Counted from the stretch's first letter, positions 49,401 to 58,784 are shown. The stretch is 64,000 nt of DNA from an uncultured Veillonella sp. (GCA_900550455.1 URSE01000001.1:1001-65000); one strand, 5' to 3'. The notes: generated by a model from the letters alone, not told the origin. Numbers and translations: made by a program.

Positions 49401-50763
49401 GGTCCTTAATATTCAAGCCCTTATGGGTCAAAAAGGAGACTATCGTGCTACCGTATCTGGTAAATTGCCATTGGCTGCTATTTATACCTCCGGCTATCTT
49501 GCACCATCAGATGATAAGTCTATGAACCTGATTATCGATTTAAGTCAGGCTGATTTGGCTGTTGTACCATTGATGAGTCCCTATGTCACAGATGGACAAG
49601 GTGTCATTGGTGGCAAAATTAAAGTAACAGGATCCATTGAAGCACCACAGGCCTTTGGTACTGTTACCGTGCGGAATGGCGTATTGAAATTCAAGAATGT
49701 AGCCAAACCATTAGACGCTATTAATGCCGACTTAATCTTTAGTGGCAATAAAGCAACCCTACAAGGGGATGCCCAAATGGGTAAAGGCTCTGCTGGTTTT
49801 ACAGGTCAATTCACTTGGTGGGATCGCCAACTAACTGGCTACCAAGGGGCCCTTCAGTTGGATAATTTTGAGGTTGATAACGAATATATCAAGGGTCCAC
49901 TGACAGCAGAGCTCTATGCTACTGATGTGGATGGTGTGCCAACATTGACCGGTCATGTGGACTTGCATGATACACGTTTTAAAATCCCTCTTTCTTTAGA
50001 AGGGTCTGATTCAGCTTTACCATTTGCCTTGGATGTGACCGTTAATGCAGGCAAAAACGTTCGTCTCTATGACCGGACCCTTTATGATATGGTCATAGGA
50101 GGATCGGTTCGCTTTGCGGGGCATACTTATTGGCCAACCCCAAGTGGTGCTTTCAATGTAAAAGAGGGGACCTTTAAATACTTGAGTCATACTTTCCGGA
50201 TTAATAAGGGGATAGCTCAGTTCCGTCAAGGGTCCTATATTCCTAGTTTGGATTTACAAGCAGAAACGCAAGTTAATGATTATACTGTTAATTTGGGAGT
50301 AAAAGGAACAGTTGATCAATTGGATTTGTCCTTGTCCTCGAATCCAAGCTTGTCGAGAAAGCAGATTATATCCATGCTAACTTTTGGCCGTGGTGCGGAT
50401 GAAAACTCGTCTGCCCTCAGTCATGATGATGCTACTGCAGTAGGTATTTCAGCTGCTCAAATGTATGCTTTTGGCTATGTTGAAGAAGCTGCAAAACGGG
50501 CCTTAGGGTTGGATTTAATGAATATTACAACCGGTTCTATTGATCCAGATGAACCTCTCAACAAGGAAACAGCTGGCTACTATAATATTGAAATTGGTAA
50601 ATATCTCATTCCAAATCTCATGGTAACCTATAGTCAAGGGCTAAATAATAACGACAAGGTCTATGGAGTCCGCTATAAGTTGGGGAAGCATACATCTATG
50701 CGAGCATGGCGCTCTTCTAATAACCATAGTTTTGTAGGTGCTTATTGGAAGACAACATTCTAG
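46453..50763 (+). CDS. tamB: Translocation and assembly module TamB (AsmA-like, C-terminal DUF490)
   Basis: N-terminal TM anchor, long Gly-rich beta-strand repeats (GSLDNPKGHV, GTLDKPVFNG), LSSNPSLSRKQIISML and EIGKYL. Upstream of bamA. Confidence 0.9.
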   Translation: MKKKRYIALSAAIIACLIGSGIAFKPVAESYVTPVVQAQLNKTINGRMAYDSMEVTWNGKVALSKVIIKDTKGQEVGYADSVVVGLSPVGAARLLAGDGAAALVSEVTVSHGDLHVWQDGQGKWNVEDLIKKDPSSKDSSFKGDIHLDQVDLTVRPYKDQAYRIEAISGGLSLSDSPIVKGNLTGSLEGQDLSISGSLNTDNTKEFTAYIKADRLDASIANMALAGHKDIRLEGGYAKNIALTISSDNEHGLTWEGHAAIRDVSGTYNFGGQGFSFDKAQTNVAFSNNKIIIKSGSAYVNGQKGEVSGSIAIQDDRARLNLDIMAADVDPGALIDLPVGGRLAGQIHVGGDTLSPTLSGRLVGRDVTYGDYSLDKLGANVSLKDGHLVLEDIRLDKGNTSLSGQASYDINSGDFDASLSPEQFDISQIAPMFGYDLGGTLSGQVYIHGQDKHIQSLIGQLEARNLTYQGISLDTVSLGFTSDGNAVDISYLNGTIGEGAFTGYGSLKEGQADISLAGYDIPLSMLSSRVGYDLDGVATVNAHISGSLDNPKGHVTLTASKISLGSYGHFDGLNLDGDIENHIVTIHEATIMDQGGFYTAYGTIGWQDKSLDIYAEAKDTRIENLAKNITDIPVTGWFYTQNHITGTFDAPNVVGRARLKDGSINGFLVSDLYARYSYKNNRLSVYDAALESYGSKIFAQGTMDGKNLNFSFTGDGIYLKPLVSDDRFEVDGYLAAQGTLTGTLDKPVFNGNIRSRQVMINGTSLNDVDGTVYADPTVVNVESMSFTDQDKGNYSFAGGVKLKNPKNLFGKITVSNADIKNMISILDKDESSNGRFTGRLNGIVGLGGTVNNPALDVKGTISSVALGDQVLGDSTIDASLADKKITIRKLQLPVDSGMIAAGGTMDLNPGGQTAMQVAVNSVDLKYFKALLPDSVDPQGTLSSVINLSGDSHNPKAEISADLISPSYNGVALDHVFMLANMEDQVLNIQALMGQKGDYRATVSGKLPLAAIYTSGYLAPSDDKSMNLIIDLSQADLAVVPLMSPYVTDGQGVIGGKIKVTGSIEAPQAFGTVTVRNGVLKFKNVAKPLDAINADLIFSGNKATLQGDAQMGKGSAGFTGQFTWWDRQLTGYQGALQLDNFEVDNEYIKGPLTAELYATDVDGVPTLTGHVDLHDTRFKIPLSLEGSDSALPFALDVTVNAGKNVRLYDRTLYDMVIGGSVRFAGHTYWPTPSGAFNVKEGTFKYLSHTFRINKGIAQFRQGSYIPSLDLQAETQVNDYTVNLGVKGTVDQLDLSLSSNPSLSRKQIISMLTFGRGADENSSALSHDDATAVGISAAQMYAFGYVEEAAKRALGLDLMNITTGSIDPDEPLNKETAGYYNIEIGKYLIPNLMVTYSQGLNNNDKVYGVRYKLGKHTSMRAWRSSNNHSFVGAYWKTTF

Positions 50764-50865
50764 TTTTATCCCAATAAGGGATAGTGAGGGATGAGTGACT
50801 ATTTTCTAGGTCCTATAAGATGGTTTCGCACTATTGTTTTGATAGCATTACCTAGATGTGGGAAA

Positions 50866-50930
50866 AACCCCTCTAGCAGTAAGTTGATCTTAGTAGTTGA
50901 CTTGCTTAGCTAGAGGGGTTCTTTCTGTTT
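50866..50930 (+). terminator. Long hairpin with T-rich tail between tamB and bamA
   Basis: AACCCCTCTAGC (50866-50877) / GCTAGAGGGGTT (50909-50920) with an inner G:U-rich stem, then CTTTCTGTTT. Confidence 0.65.
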
Positions 50931-51034
50931 GCATGGCTTTTCCATAGAGTTTTCACAAAGGCTGAAAATACGGTAGTGGTGCGGATTTTTCAAATATAAA
51001 ATATTTGTAAACCATACCTTTCTGCTTAGGACTA

Positions 51035-51043
51035 TGCTATAAT
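51035..51043 (+). promoter_or_regulatory. Extended -10 promoter for bamA
   Basis: TG-C-TATAAT, with an AGGAGG RBS downstream. Confidence 0.65.
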
Positions 51044-51108
51044 ATAACAGATTAATTGCTCAGATTAGGCAATGGCCTGATGAGTTACTTTTAGGAGGAT
51101 ATCCCTGT

Positions 51109-53307
51109 ATGTTAAAGAAAACTACCTATAAACGTATGTTGGCAGTTTCCGTTTTATCTGCTCTTATGGGCTCCGGTTCTGTCATGGCGGCTAACGTAGA
51201 AACTGGTTACACCCCGCAAATGGGGACTATTGATGCGGCTGAACAAGCTGATACTGAGGTGGCTACAGCGTCTGCTACAAGTCCAATGAACGCGTCCGCA
51301 GCACCTAGAGTAGGGGGCGTGCATAATTCTAAGGAAGCAGAAGAATTGGCAGCAATCACTGCCGCTCGTGGCGATACAGCTATTTCTGAAGATGGTACTG
51401 TAGTGCAAGCGCCAGATGGATCTGTAAAGGTAGATAACTCTGCTTTGTCCACTAGTGACAAGGAAGTTAAGATGGTGTCTAAGGTGACTGGTGGCACTGA
51501 CCTTGATAAGGCTGCACAAGATGCAAATAACCAAGCTGACGCTAATGTACAAGCTCAATTTGTATCTGCCGTAACACCTGAAATGTTGAAACCTTATTTG
51601 GGTAAAACCATTACGGGTCTCTCTGTGACTGGTCTTGAACCAGGTCGAGAAGCAGAACTCCTTTCTAACTTAAAAGATAAGGTGGGCGATAAGGTTACCG
51701 AAGAAGGTATTCTTGCTGACATTAAAGGCCTTGGTAATACGGGTGTATTCTCTGAGGTTAATCCTGTTATCACAGTGGTTCCTGAAGGGGTAAAGATCGC
51801 TTACCAAGTAACTCTTAATCCTGTTGTGAAGGGCGTCCAATTTGAAGGTAATACAGTTTATTCCTCTGAAAATTTGGTAAACTACCTTAATGTACAACCA
51901 GGAACGGTCCTCAATTCCGTATATGTAGGCCAAAAGATCCAAGGGATTAATGCAGCTTATCAACGTGATGGCTATACCATGGCCCATGTATCTGGTTTGT
52001 CTGTAGATAATGATGGCATTGTTCACATTACTATCGTAGAAGGTGTAGTTGAAGATATCGTACCAGCTGGTAACAAGAAAACTCGCGACAAGGTAATTAC
52101 TCGCGAATTCATCCAAAAGAAGGGCAAACCTTTCAATGCCTTCTTGGTACGTCGTTCTGTAGAACGGGTGTATAACTTAGGCTTCTTTGACGATGTAAAT
52201 GTTCGCATCTTGCCTGGATCTACACCAGATGCAGTAGTCATCGAAGTGGATGTCTTGGAACATAAGACAGGGACAATTACCTTAGGGGCAGGCTATTCTG
52301 AGTCGGATGGTCTAGTCGGCATTATCGAATTGGGTGAAGACAACCTTCGTGGTACTGGTGATAAGGTTAAAATCCACTGGGAAGTAGGTGGTAAAGATAA
52401 CTATAAGAACTACCAAATTTCCTACTTACATCCATGGCTTGATCATAAGGGTACATCTTTAGGCTTCTCCTTCTTTAATCGAGAAGATGAATATACTGAT
52501 TATGATGCACATGGTCATGAAGTGGCGGAATACAATAAGAAAACAAATGGTTTCAACGTATCCTTGGGGCGTCAAACTGGCGAATATACTCGCGATACAT
52601 TGACATTGGAAACACGGAATGATAAATATCGTTGGAAAGATGGCGATAGCTCTGGCTTCCGTTATGATCGAAATCAAGGTGCTGGCGGTTCCGGTGATAA
52701 CACATGGGACAATAAGACCTATGACTTTAAGGATTTTGACTATGTAGGCAAAAATTTCGGTCGTACTAATTCCATTACATGGCAAAAAGTTTATGATTCC
52801 CGTAATAACATTTACGATCCAAGTCGCGGTAAACGGATTTCTTACACCGCACAATGGGCTGGTCACGGCTTAGGCGGTGACTTTGACTTCTACAAGTTCA
52901 CTGCAGAAGGCCGTATGTACCGTAAGTTGGGCAATGGCCATATCTTGGCTTTCCGGGCGCGGGGTGGTTTCATCCAAGGGGAGGCTCCTTATAGCCAATT
53001 GTTCACCTTGGGTGGCGCTGATTCCCTTCGGGGCTATGAAGACGACCAATTCCGTGGTAAGTACATGTACAACGCAACCTTGGAATACCGGTTCCCATTA
53101 GTTAAAAAAGTCTCTGGTGTTCTTTTCACTGATATCGGTGATGCTTGGGACGCACCTAACGTACCTTGGTATGAATCCAAGAAGGGCTTCAATGCCTCTG
53201 TAGGTGCTGGTCTTCGGGTCCAAACTCCAATCGGTCCAATCAAACTCGATTATGGTAAGGGTAAAGAGGACTCTAAGTTCCACTTTAGCTTTGGCACACA
53301 ATTCTAA
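51109..53307 (+). CDS. bamA: Outer membrane protein assembly factor BamA (Omp85)
   Basis: Signal peptide, POTRA-like repeats (TGVFSEV, GNTVYS, GNKKTRDKVITRE, LGFFDDV), LGGADSLRGY, TPIGPIKLDYG and terminal FSFGTQF. Confidence 0.95.
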   Translation: MLKKTTYKRMLAVSVLSALMGSGSVMAANVETGYTPQMGTIDAAEQADTEVATASATSPMNASAAPRVGGVHNSKEAEELAAITAARGDTAISEDGTVVQAPDGSVKVDNSALSTSDKEVKMVSKVTGGTDLDKAAQDANNQADANVQAQFVSAVTPEMLKPYLGKTITGLSVTGLEPGREAELLSNLKDKVGDKVTEEGILADIKGLGNTGVFSEVNPVITVVPEGVKIAYQVTLNPVVKGVQFEGNTVYSSENLVNYLNVQPGTVLNSVYVGQKIQGINAAYQRDGYTMAHVSGLSVDNDGIVHITIVEGVVEDIVPAGNKKTRDKVITREFIQKKGKPFNAFLVRRSVERVYNLGFFDDVNVRILPGSTPDAVVIEVDVLEHKTGTITLGAGYSESDGLVGIIELGEDNLRGTGDKVKIHWEVGGKDNYKNYQISYLHPWLDHKGTSLGFSFFNREDEYTDYDAHGHEVAEYNKKTNGFNVSLGRQTGEYTRDTLTLETRNDKYRWKDGDSSGFRYDRNQGAGGSGDNTWDNKTYDFKDFDYVGKNFGRTNSITWQKVYDSRNNIYDPSRGKRISYTAQWAGHGLGGDFDFYKFTAEGRMYRKLGNGHILAFRARGGFIQGEAPYSQLFTLGGADSLRGYEDDQFRGKYMYNATLEYRFPLVKKVSGVLFTDIGDAWDAPNVPWYESKKGFNASVGAGLRVQTPIGPIKLDYGKGKEDSKFHFSFGTQF

Positions 53308-53370
53308 TGATGATATACGATAAGGCGCCTTAGTGGCGCCTTCATCTATAAGAAAGAAGGTATAAGCGTT

Positions 53371-53859
53371 ATGATGCGTTTGATGGCACATAAAACGGTA
53401 GCTAAGGTCTTGTCTATCGTTATTTCCCTCGTATTTATTGGTGGTATCGCTATGATGGCATACACCCAATTATCTGATTCTACTTCTAAGGAAGTGCCAG
53501 ATAGCAATATCGGTTATTTCGATGCGACAAAGGTCATGAGTCCTGATAATCCTGTTTATCAAAAGGCAGGTCAAGAGTATCAAGATTTCTACCAAACCAC
53601 AGTAACCAATGCACAACAAGATATGCAAGCAACACAAGATGAAGCTGCTAAGAAAAAGATTCAAGATGAAACAAGTCAAAAATTACAAGCTAAGGAAGAT
53701 GAGTTGAAAAAAGGCTTGCAAGATAAGGCTGAAGAAGCAGCTAAACAAGTAGGCGAGTCTAAAGGCTTGTCCGTTGTGATTGAAAAATCTTCCGTCTTGT
53801 ATGGTGGCGTGGATGTAACAGACCAAGTTATGCGCAAGATGCAAGATAATAATAAATAA
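53371..53859 (+). CDS. ompH: OmpH/Skp family protein with an N-terminal hydrophobic anchor
   Basis: IGYFDATKV start of domain, helical Q/K/E-rich middle, and GLSVVIEKSSVLYGGVDVTDQV end. Confidence 0.85.
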   Translation: MMRLMAHKTVAKVLSIVISLVFIGGIAMMAYTQLSDSTSKEVPDSNIGYFDATKVMSPDNPVYQKAGQEYQDFYQTTVTNAQQDMQATQDEAAKKKIQDETSQKLQAKEDELKKGLQDKAEEAAKQVGESKGLSVVIEKSSVLYGGVDVTDQVMRKMQDNNK

Positions 53860-53881
53860 TTGGTTCAGCTAAGGGGGTCCC

Positions 53882-54871
53882 ATGGGATACCGTAAAAAAG
53901 GGCTGGCCTTACTTGTTATCGTAGCCTTGGCCGTCATAGGCATGATTGGTGCATACCTCTTTGTGACTAACCATCAAAAGGCTAGTCTCTTACATAAGGG
54001 ACCATCTATTGGCGTTGTTCGTATGGATGAGGTTATCCGCCTCAACCCATCTTATGAGGAATACCAAAAGGCCCAACGGGAGCTTGAAGACTTACAGGCT
54101 CAGTATCAAGGGGAGCAAGCATCTCTTAATGCCAAGGTGACGATGCGGGAAGAGGCTCTTAAGTCTTTGAGCTTAGATCAGGGCCTTACTGATTCTTATA
54201 ATACAGAATTGAAGGCTAAGCTGAAGGCTCGCGAAGATCAAATGAACGCAGACTTAGACCGTAAACGGCATGAACTTATGGCTAAGTATGCGGCAGAGCA
54301 AAAGGTATCTCCTAGAGATACAGATTTGGCAATCGTAAATTTACAGCTTGCCCTTATGACCTATGATAGGCCATTGCCCTATGATCCTGATCAAAGACAG
54401 GCCTTCTTGTCCAAGAAGGCTGATTTGCAGGCTCAACTTCAAGAGTTACTAGCTAAACGAAAACCCAATATCTCCGGCAATATAGCCGATATTAGAGCTC
54501 GCGTAGAAGCTGAGTTGAAGCCTATTATGGAAGAGGGGCAAAAGGATTTAGATGCCTATGCACAATCTGTCCATAAAGACTTAAGTGCTAAGAGAGATTC
54601 TGCTTTACAGGCTAAGGCTAAGGGGATTATAGATGAGAGCAATTTGCCAAATGCGGCTCAATGGAATCAAACTTGGCAGGAACGTCTAGATGACAAGCAA
54701 GCTCAAGTGGATGCCATCTACCAATCCATGGAAGAAGATGTCCGTATGCGCGTGGCTGTCATTGCAGAATCTCAACATTTGGACCTAGTATTGGCCCTTG
54801 ATAGAGAGGAAGCTAATGTTTCTGGTTTAGATATAACAGATGCAATTGTAACGTCGTATGGCGTTGAATAG
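53882..54871 (+). CDS. Elongated OmpH/Skp-like protein with an N-terminal TM
   Basis: IGVVRMDEVI and HLDLVL..GLDITDAIV bracket a long coiled-coil region. Confidence 0.75.
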   Translation: MGYRKKGLALLVIVALAVIGMIGAYLFVTNHQKASLLHKGPSIGVVRMDEVIRLNPSYEEYQKAQRELEDLQAQYQGEQASLNAKVTMREEALKSLSLDQGLTDSYNTELKAKLKAREDQMNADLDRKRHELMAKYAAEQKVSPRDTDLAIVNLQLALMTYDRPLPYDPDQRQAFLSKKADLQAQLQELLAKRKPNISGNIADIRARVEAELKPIMEEGQKDLDAYAQSVHKDLSAKRDSALQAKAKGIIDESNLPNAAQWNQTWQERLDDKQAQVDAIYQSMEEDVRMRVAVIAESQHLDLVLALDREEANVSGLDITDAIVTSYGVE

Positions 54872-54880
54872 GAGGATATT

Positions 54881-55393
54881 ATGAAACGTACAAAATCTTT
54901 AGTAATCGGTGCAGTAATGGTTGGGGCTATGAGTCTTTTAGCCGGTTGTGGTTCTGATAAGGTGGGTTATGTAGATACCAATAAAATCGTGCAACAATCT
55001 CAAAAAATGGCTGATGTGAATAAAGATGTAGCCGCTAAAAAGGCAGAACTAGAAGCCAAAATGAATGCAGTCGATCAATCTAATGCAACAGCAGTTCAAA
55101 AGGCACAACAAGATGCACAAGCTGAGTTTGAAGCCTATACCAATTCCAAGGATAAGGAAATTCAAGATTACTTCGAAGATGAAGTTGGTAAGGTCGCTAA
55201 ACAAGAGGGCATTACCGTTGTCTTGGCTCACCGTGCTGTAGCTGCTGGCGGTGTCGATTTGACTGATAAAGTCTTGGATGCTGTTGGTCGTGCTGATACG
55301 TCTAGCCAAGAAGCTAATCAACAAGCAGCTAATCAACAAGCAGCTGGTCAAGCTACTAATCAAGGTGCTACACAAGGACAAGGTGCTCAATAA
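54881..55393 (+). CDS. ompH: OmpH/Skp family lipoprotein
   Basis: Lipobox LLAGC, VGYVDTNKI and GITVVL..GGVDLTDKV. Gln/Ala-rich tail. Confidence 0.85.
   Translation: MKRTKSLVIGAVMVGAMSLLAGCGSDKVGYVDTNKIVQQSQKMADVNKDVAAKKAELEAKMNAVDQSNATAVQKAQQDAQAEFEAYTNSKDKEIQDYFEDEVGKVAKQEGITVVLAHRAVAAGGVDLTDKVLDAVGRADTSSQEANQQAANQQAAGQATNQGATQGQGAQ
55307..55375 (+). repeat. Degenerate 15-bp in-frame tandem repeat (QxANQ units) at the ompH 3' end
   Basis: CAAGAAGCTAATCAA CAAGCAGCTAATCAA CAAGCAGCTGGTCAA GCTACTAATCAA... Confidence 0.6.
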
Positions 55394-55423
55394 TAATTCT
55401 CTAGTATTTAGGGGGCAATAGTT

Positions 55424-56458
55424 ATGAATCATACAGTCGACCAATTAGCTAGATTAGTAAAGGGCCAAGTTATTGGCGATGGGTCTTGTAGTATTGAAGA
55501 AACACGTAGTCTAGAACAAGCGGCTCCCAATTCTATTACCTTTGCTGTTGGTGATTATGTAGAATTTATTTCTCAATCCAAGGCGGGGGCAGTTATCGTA
55601 GAAGCACCAGTGGAAGGATTAGCTATACCACAAATTGTGGTAGCTAATGCCAAGGCCGCCTTTGCACAAGTTTTGGAATGCTTCCATCCACCTGTAACTT
55701 GGGAAGCCGGTATCCATGAAACTGCTATTATTGGCAAGAATGTAAGCCTAGGTGAGAATGTAGCCATCGGGCCTTATGTTGTTATCAATGATAATGCCGT
55801 TATTGGGGATAATGTTATTATTCGTCCTTATGTGTATATTGGTCACAATGTTCGCATTGGAGAGGGCTCTGATATTTATGCTGGTGCTGTAGTTCATGAG
55901 AACTGCGTTCTTGGAAAGCGGGTTGTTCTTCGGGCCAAGGCTGTTGTCGGTGGTGAGGGATTTGGCTTTGCCACTGAAGCTGGTAAGCATATTCATATAC
56001 CACAAGTTGGTAATGTCGTCTTGGAAGATGATGTAGAAGTAGGGTCTTGTTCCTGTATCGATAATGCTACTATGGGGTCTACCCTGGTTCGACGGGGTAC
56101 CAAAATCGATAACTTGGTTCATCTAGGTCATAATGTGGAAATCGGGGAGGATTGTTTCATTATCGCCCAAGTGGGGATTGCCGGCTCTACCAAGACTGGT
56201 AATCACTGTATTTTTGCAGGGCAAACAGGCTGCACTGGCCATATCACGATTGGTGATAATTGTACCTTTGCAGGTAAGACGGGTATTGTTGGCAATGTGC
56301 CTTCTGGCTCTACCATGGCTGGGTATCCAATGCGTCCACACAAGGAATGGCTCAAGATGGCAGCCTATGAAAATCGTTTGCCCGATATGATCAAAACTGT
56401 GAAAGCCCTTCAAGCAGAAGTGGCTGCTTTGAAAGAACAGCTTAAGGAGACTAAGTAA
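55424..56458 (+). CDS. lpxD: UDP-3-O-acyl-glucosamine N-acyltransferase
   Basis: Hexapeptide repeats, GGEGFGF, IPQVGNV and TKIDNLVHLGHNV. Confidence 0.96.
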   Translation: MNHTVDQLARLVKGQVIGDGSCSIEETRSLEQAAPNSITFAVGDYVEFISQSKAGAVIVEAPVEGLAIPQIVVANAKAAFAQVLECFHPPVTWEAGIHETAIIGKNVSLGENVAIGPYVVINDNAVIGDNVIIRPYVYIGHNVRIGEGSDIYAGAVVHENCVLGKRVVLRAKAVVGGEGFGFATEAGKHIHIPQVGNVVLEDDVEVGSCSCIDNATMGSTLVRRGTKIDNLVHLGHNVEIGEDCFIIAQVGIAGSTKTGNHCIFAGQTGCTGHITIGDNCTFAGKTGIVGNVPSGSTMAGYPMRPHKEWLKMAAYENRLPDMIKTVKALQAEVAALKEQLKETK

Positions 56459-56463
56459 AACAT

Positions 56464-57372
56464 ATGTATAGGTTTTTAAAGTGCTTTAGTGCTTTCATTT
56501 GCCTACTGCCGCATGCGATTCAATATGGAATCGGTTCCTTGTTGGGCCAATTGGGATGGTTCTTTACACCAGAAAAGCGCAAACGCCTGGCCATAGAACA
56601 AATCCTCTTCTGCCATATTACAGATGATAAGGAGGAGGCTCGGCGCATTGCTAAGGCTTCTGTTACCCGATTTGGCCGTATGATCATCGATGTCCTCCGT
56701 TATCCTGAGATTAAGGACGGCGCTTATAGGGATATGGTCGAGATGGAAGGCCGTGAGTACTTAGATGATGCCCTTGAAAATGGGCGAGGGGCTATTTTGG
56801 CAGCCATGCACTCTGGCAACTGGGAACTCTTAGGAGGTGTCTTGGCTTCAGAAGGATACCCGCTGATTTCCGTAGCCTTTGAACAGGGTGGAGATACGGA
56901 CAAATTTATCAATGAATACCGGGAGATGATGCATCAACATGTCACCTTTAAAACGTCCATTCGGGAAATGATTGCAGAACTAAAGGATTCTAAGTTCATC
57001 GGCTTGATCATGGACCAAGATGCAGCTCATGCGGGGATGTTGGTACCATTCTTTGGTTACGAAACTTTGACTGTTACGGGCCCGGCAACCTTGGCCCGTA
57101 TGCAAGAAGTGCCGATTATACCGACGACTATTCGTTATGATAAATTTAAGAAGAAACATGTTGTCGTCATCCATCCGCCGATTTATGTGGAACGAACAGA
57201 TGATAAGAAACGGGATATTTTAGTGACTACAACAATTCTAAATGAGTTCATTGAGGATTATATTCGCCGTTATCCTGAAGAATGGTTCTGGCTTCACAAT
57301 CGTTGGAAGTGGACCCGTCGTCGTTTCGGGGACAAGGTAGACCTTCCTTATTGTTCTGTGGATAATACATAA
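56464..57372 (+). CDS. lpxL: Lipid A late acyltransferase (LpxL/HtrB family)
   Basis: HSGNWEL, IMDQD, VPFFG and YPEEWFWLHNRWK. Confidence 0.88.
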   Translation: MYRFLKCFSAFICLLPHAIQYGIGSLLGQLGWFFTPEKRKRLAIEQILFCHITDDKEEARRIAKASVTRFGRMIIDVLRYPEIKDGAYRDMVEMEGREYLDDALENGRGAILAAMHSGNWELLGGVLASEGYPLISVAFEQGGDTDKFINEYREMMHQHVTFKTSIREMIAELKDSKFIGLIMDQDAAHAGMLVPFFGYETLTVTGPATLARMQEVPIIPTTIRYDKFKKKHVVVIHPPIYVERTDDKKRDILVTTTILNEFIEDYIRRYPEEWFWLHNRWKWTRRRFGDKVDLPYCSVDNT

Positions 57373-57383
57373 GTGAGCTTATT

Positions 57384-57415
57384 AGCACCAAGCTTTGGCT
57401 TGGTGCTTTTCTTTT
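57384..57415 (+). terminator. Intrinsic terminator after lpxL
   Basis: AGCACCAAGC-TTTG-GCTTGGTGCT followed by TTTCTTTT. Confidence 0.85.
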
Positions 57416-57418
57416 GCC

Positions 57419-57447
57419 TTGAAAAAAAGCCTGTAAGTGAGTATAAT
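57419..57447 (+). promoter_or_regulatory. Promoter for lpxC-fabZ-lpxA
   Basis: TTGAAA (57419-57424), 17 bp spacer, TATAAT (57442-57447). Confidence 0.8.
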
Positions 57448-57498
57448 ACAAAATGATTTATAGTAAAATTATAGCCAAAGGCTGAAAGGGGATTCCCC

Positions 57499-58332
57499 GT
57501 GACTGTTAAACAACAGACAATTAAAAAGCCAATTGAATATACTGGTATTGGCCTTCATTCTGGCCAGCCCGTGACTATGACCCTGAAACCGGCTCCGATT
57601 AACACAGGTATCGTATTCATACGCACGGATATCGATGGACATCCATCGGTTAAGGCGGACATTAAGAACGTCACCAATACTATGCGAGCTACCACCTTAG
57701 AGGATGGAGAGGCCAAGGTCTTTACTGTAGAACATGTAATGGCCGCCTTCTCCGGTATGGGTGTAGATAATTGCTATGTAGAAATGAATTCTCCTGAACC
57801 TCCTGTGGGTGATGGCGCATCCACTGTCTTTGTGGGGTTAATCGAAGGGGCTGGATTGGTAGAGCAAGAAGCTGATCGTAGGGTTCATATCATCAAGAAA
57901 ATGCATGCAATCTATGATGGCGATCGCTTTGTCATTGCTTTGCCTTATGAGGACTATCGGATTACCTTTACATCCGTCAATAGTCATCCACTATTGGGAA
58001 CCCAACAAAGCGATGTGGTTATTACGGCAGAGTCCTTTAAAAAGGAGATTGCCTCTGCAAGGACCATCGGTTTTGTTAAGGAATTGGAACAATTACAAGC
58101 TATGGGCCTAGCTAAGGGAGGCTCCTTGGAAAATGCCCTTGTTTACGATGATGACAAGTGCCTGTCCATCCCTCGTTTTGATGACGAGCTGGTCCGACAT
58201 AAGTCCTTGGATGTTATGGGTGACTTGTATTTGTTAGGTCCTATTAAAGGGCATATTATCGCTCAAAAGTCTAGCCACGAGCTCAATTCTCGTCTCTCTA
58301 GATCTATCGTACAGGAAATTGAGGAGGATTAA
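57499..58332 (+). CDS. lpxC: UDP-3-O-acyl-GlcNAc deacetylase
   Basis: QQTIK..GIGLHSG, TVEHVMAA, ARTIGF, GGSLENA and HKSLD. Confidence 0.96.
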   Translation: MTVKQQTIKKPIEYTGIGLHSGQPVTMTLKPAPINTGIVFIRTDIDGHPSVKADIKNVTNTMRATTLEDGEAKVFTVEHVMAAFSGMGVDNCYVEMNSPEPPVGDGASTVFVGLIEGAGLVEQEADRRVHIIKKMHAIYDGDRFVIALPYEDYRITFTSVNSHPLLGTQQSDVVITAESFKKEIASARTIGFVKELEQLQAMGLAKGGSLENALVYDDDKCLSIPRFDDELVRHKSLDVMGDLYLLGPIKGHIIAQKSSHELNSRLSRSIVQEIEED

Positions 58333-58334
58333 TT

Positions 58335-58766
58335 ATGATCTTGAATCACGAAGACATTATTGAAATTTTACCGCACCGCTACCCTATGCTCTTGGTAGAC
58401 CGCATTATCGAGTTGGAACCAATGAAAAGAGCCGTGGGCATTAAGAATGCTACTTTCAACGAAGCCTTCTTCCAAGGTCACTTCCCTGGTAACCCTGTTA
58501 TGCCTGGTGTTCTTTTGACAGAAGCTATTGCACAAGTGGGGGGGATTGCCCTCTTGTACCCAGAAGAAAATCGTGGCCTTACACCTATGTTCACAGGCAT
58601 CGATAATGTTCGTTTCCGCAACCCTGTGAAGCCAGGCGATACCGTTCGTTTGGAAGCAGAAATCGTTAAGATTAAAGGTATGATGGGCAAGGTAACAGGT
58701 CGCGCTTACGTAGGCGATAAATTGTGCGCCTCTGGTGACTACATGTTTGCACTCGTTAAAGACTAA
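58335..58766 (+). CDS. fabZ: 3-hydroxyacyl-ACP dehydratase
   Basis: LPHRYPMLLVDRI and FFQGHFPGNPVMPGVL. Confidence 0.97.
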   Translation: MILNHEDIIEILPHRYPMLLVDRIIELEPMKRAVGIKNATFNEAFFQGHFPGNPVMPGVLLTEAIAQVGGIALLYPEENRGLTPMFTGIDNVRFRNPVKPGDTVRLEAEIVKIKGMMGKVTGRAYVGDKLCASGDYMFALVKD

Positions 58767-58784
58767 GAAATTGGAGTTACTGCT

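Noticed and set aside
55307..55375. Tandem repeat as a CRISPR array or contingency locus
   Set aside because: In-frame degenerate coding repeat with no spacers.
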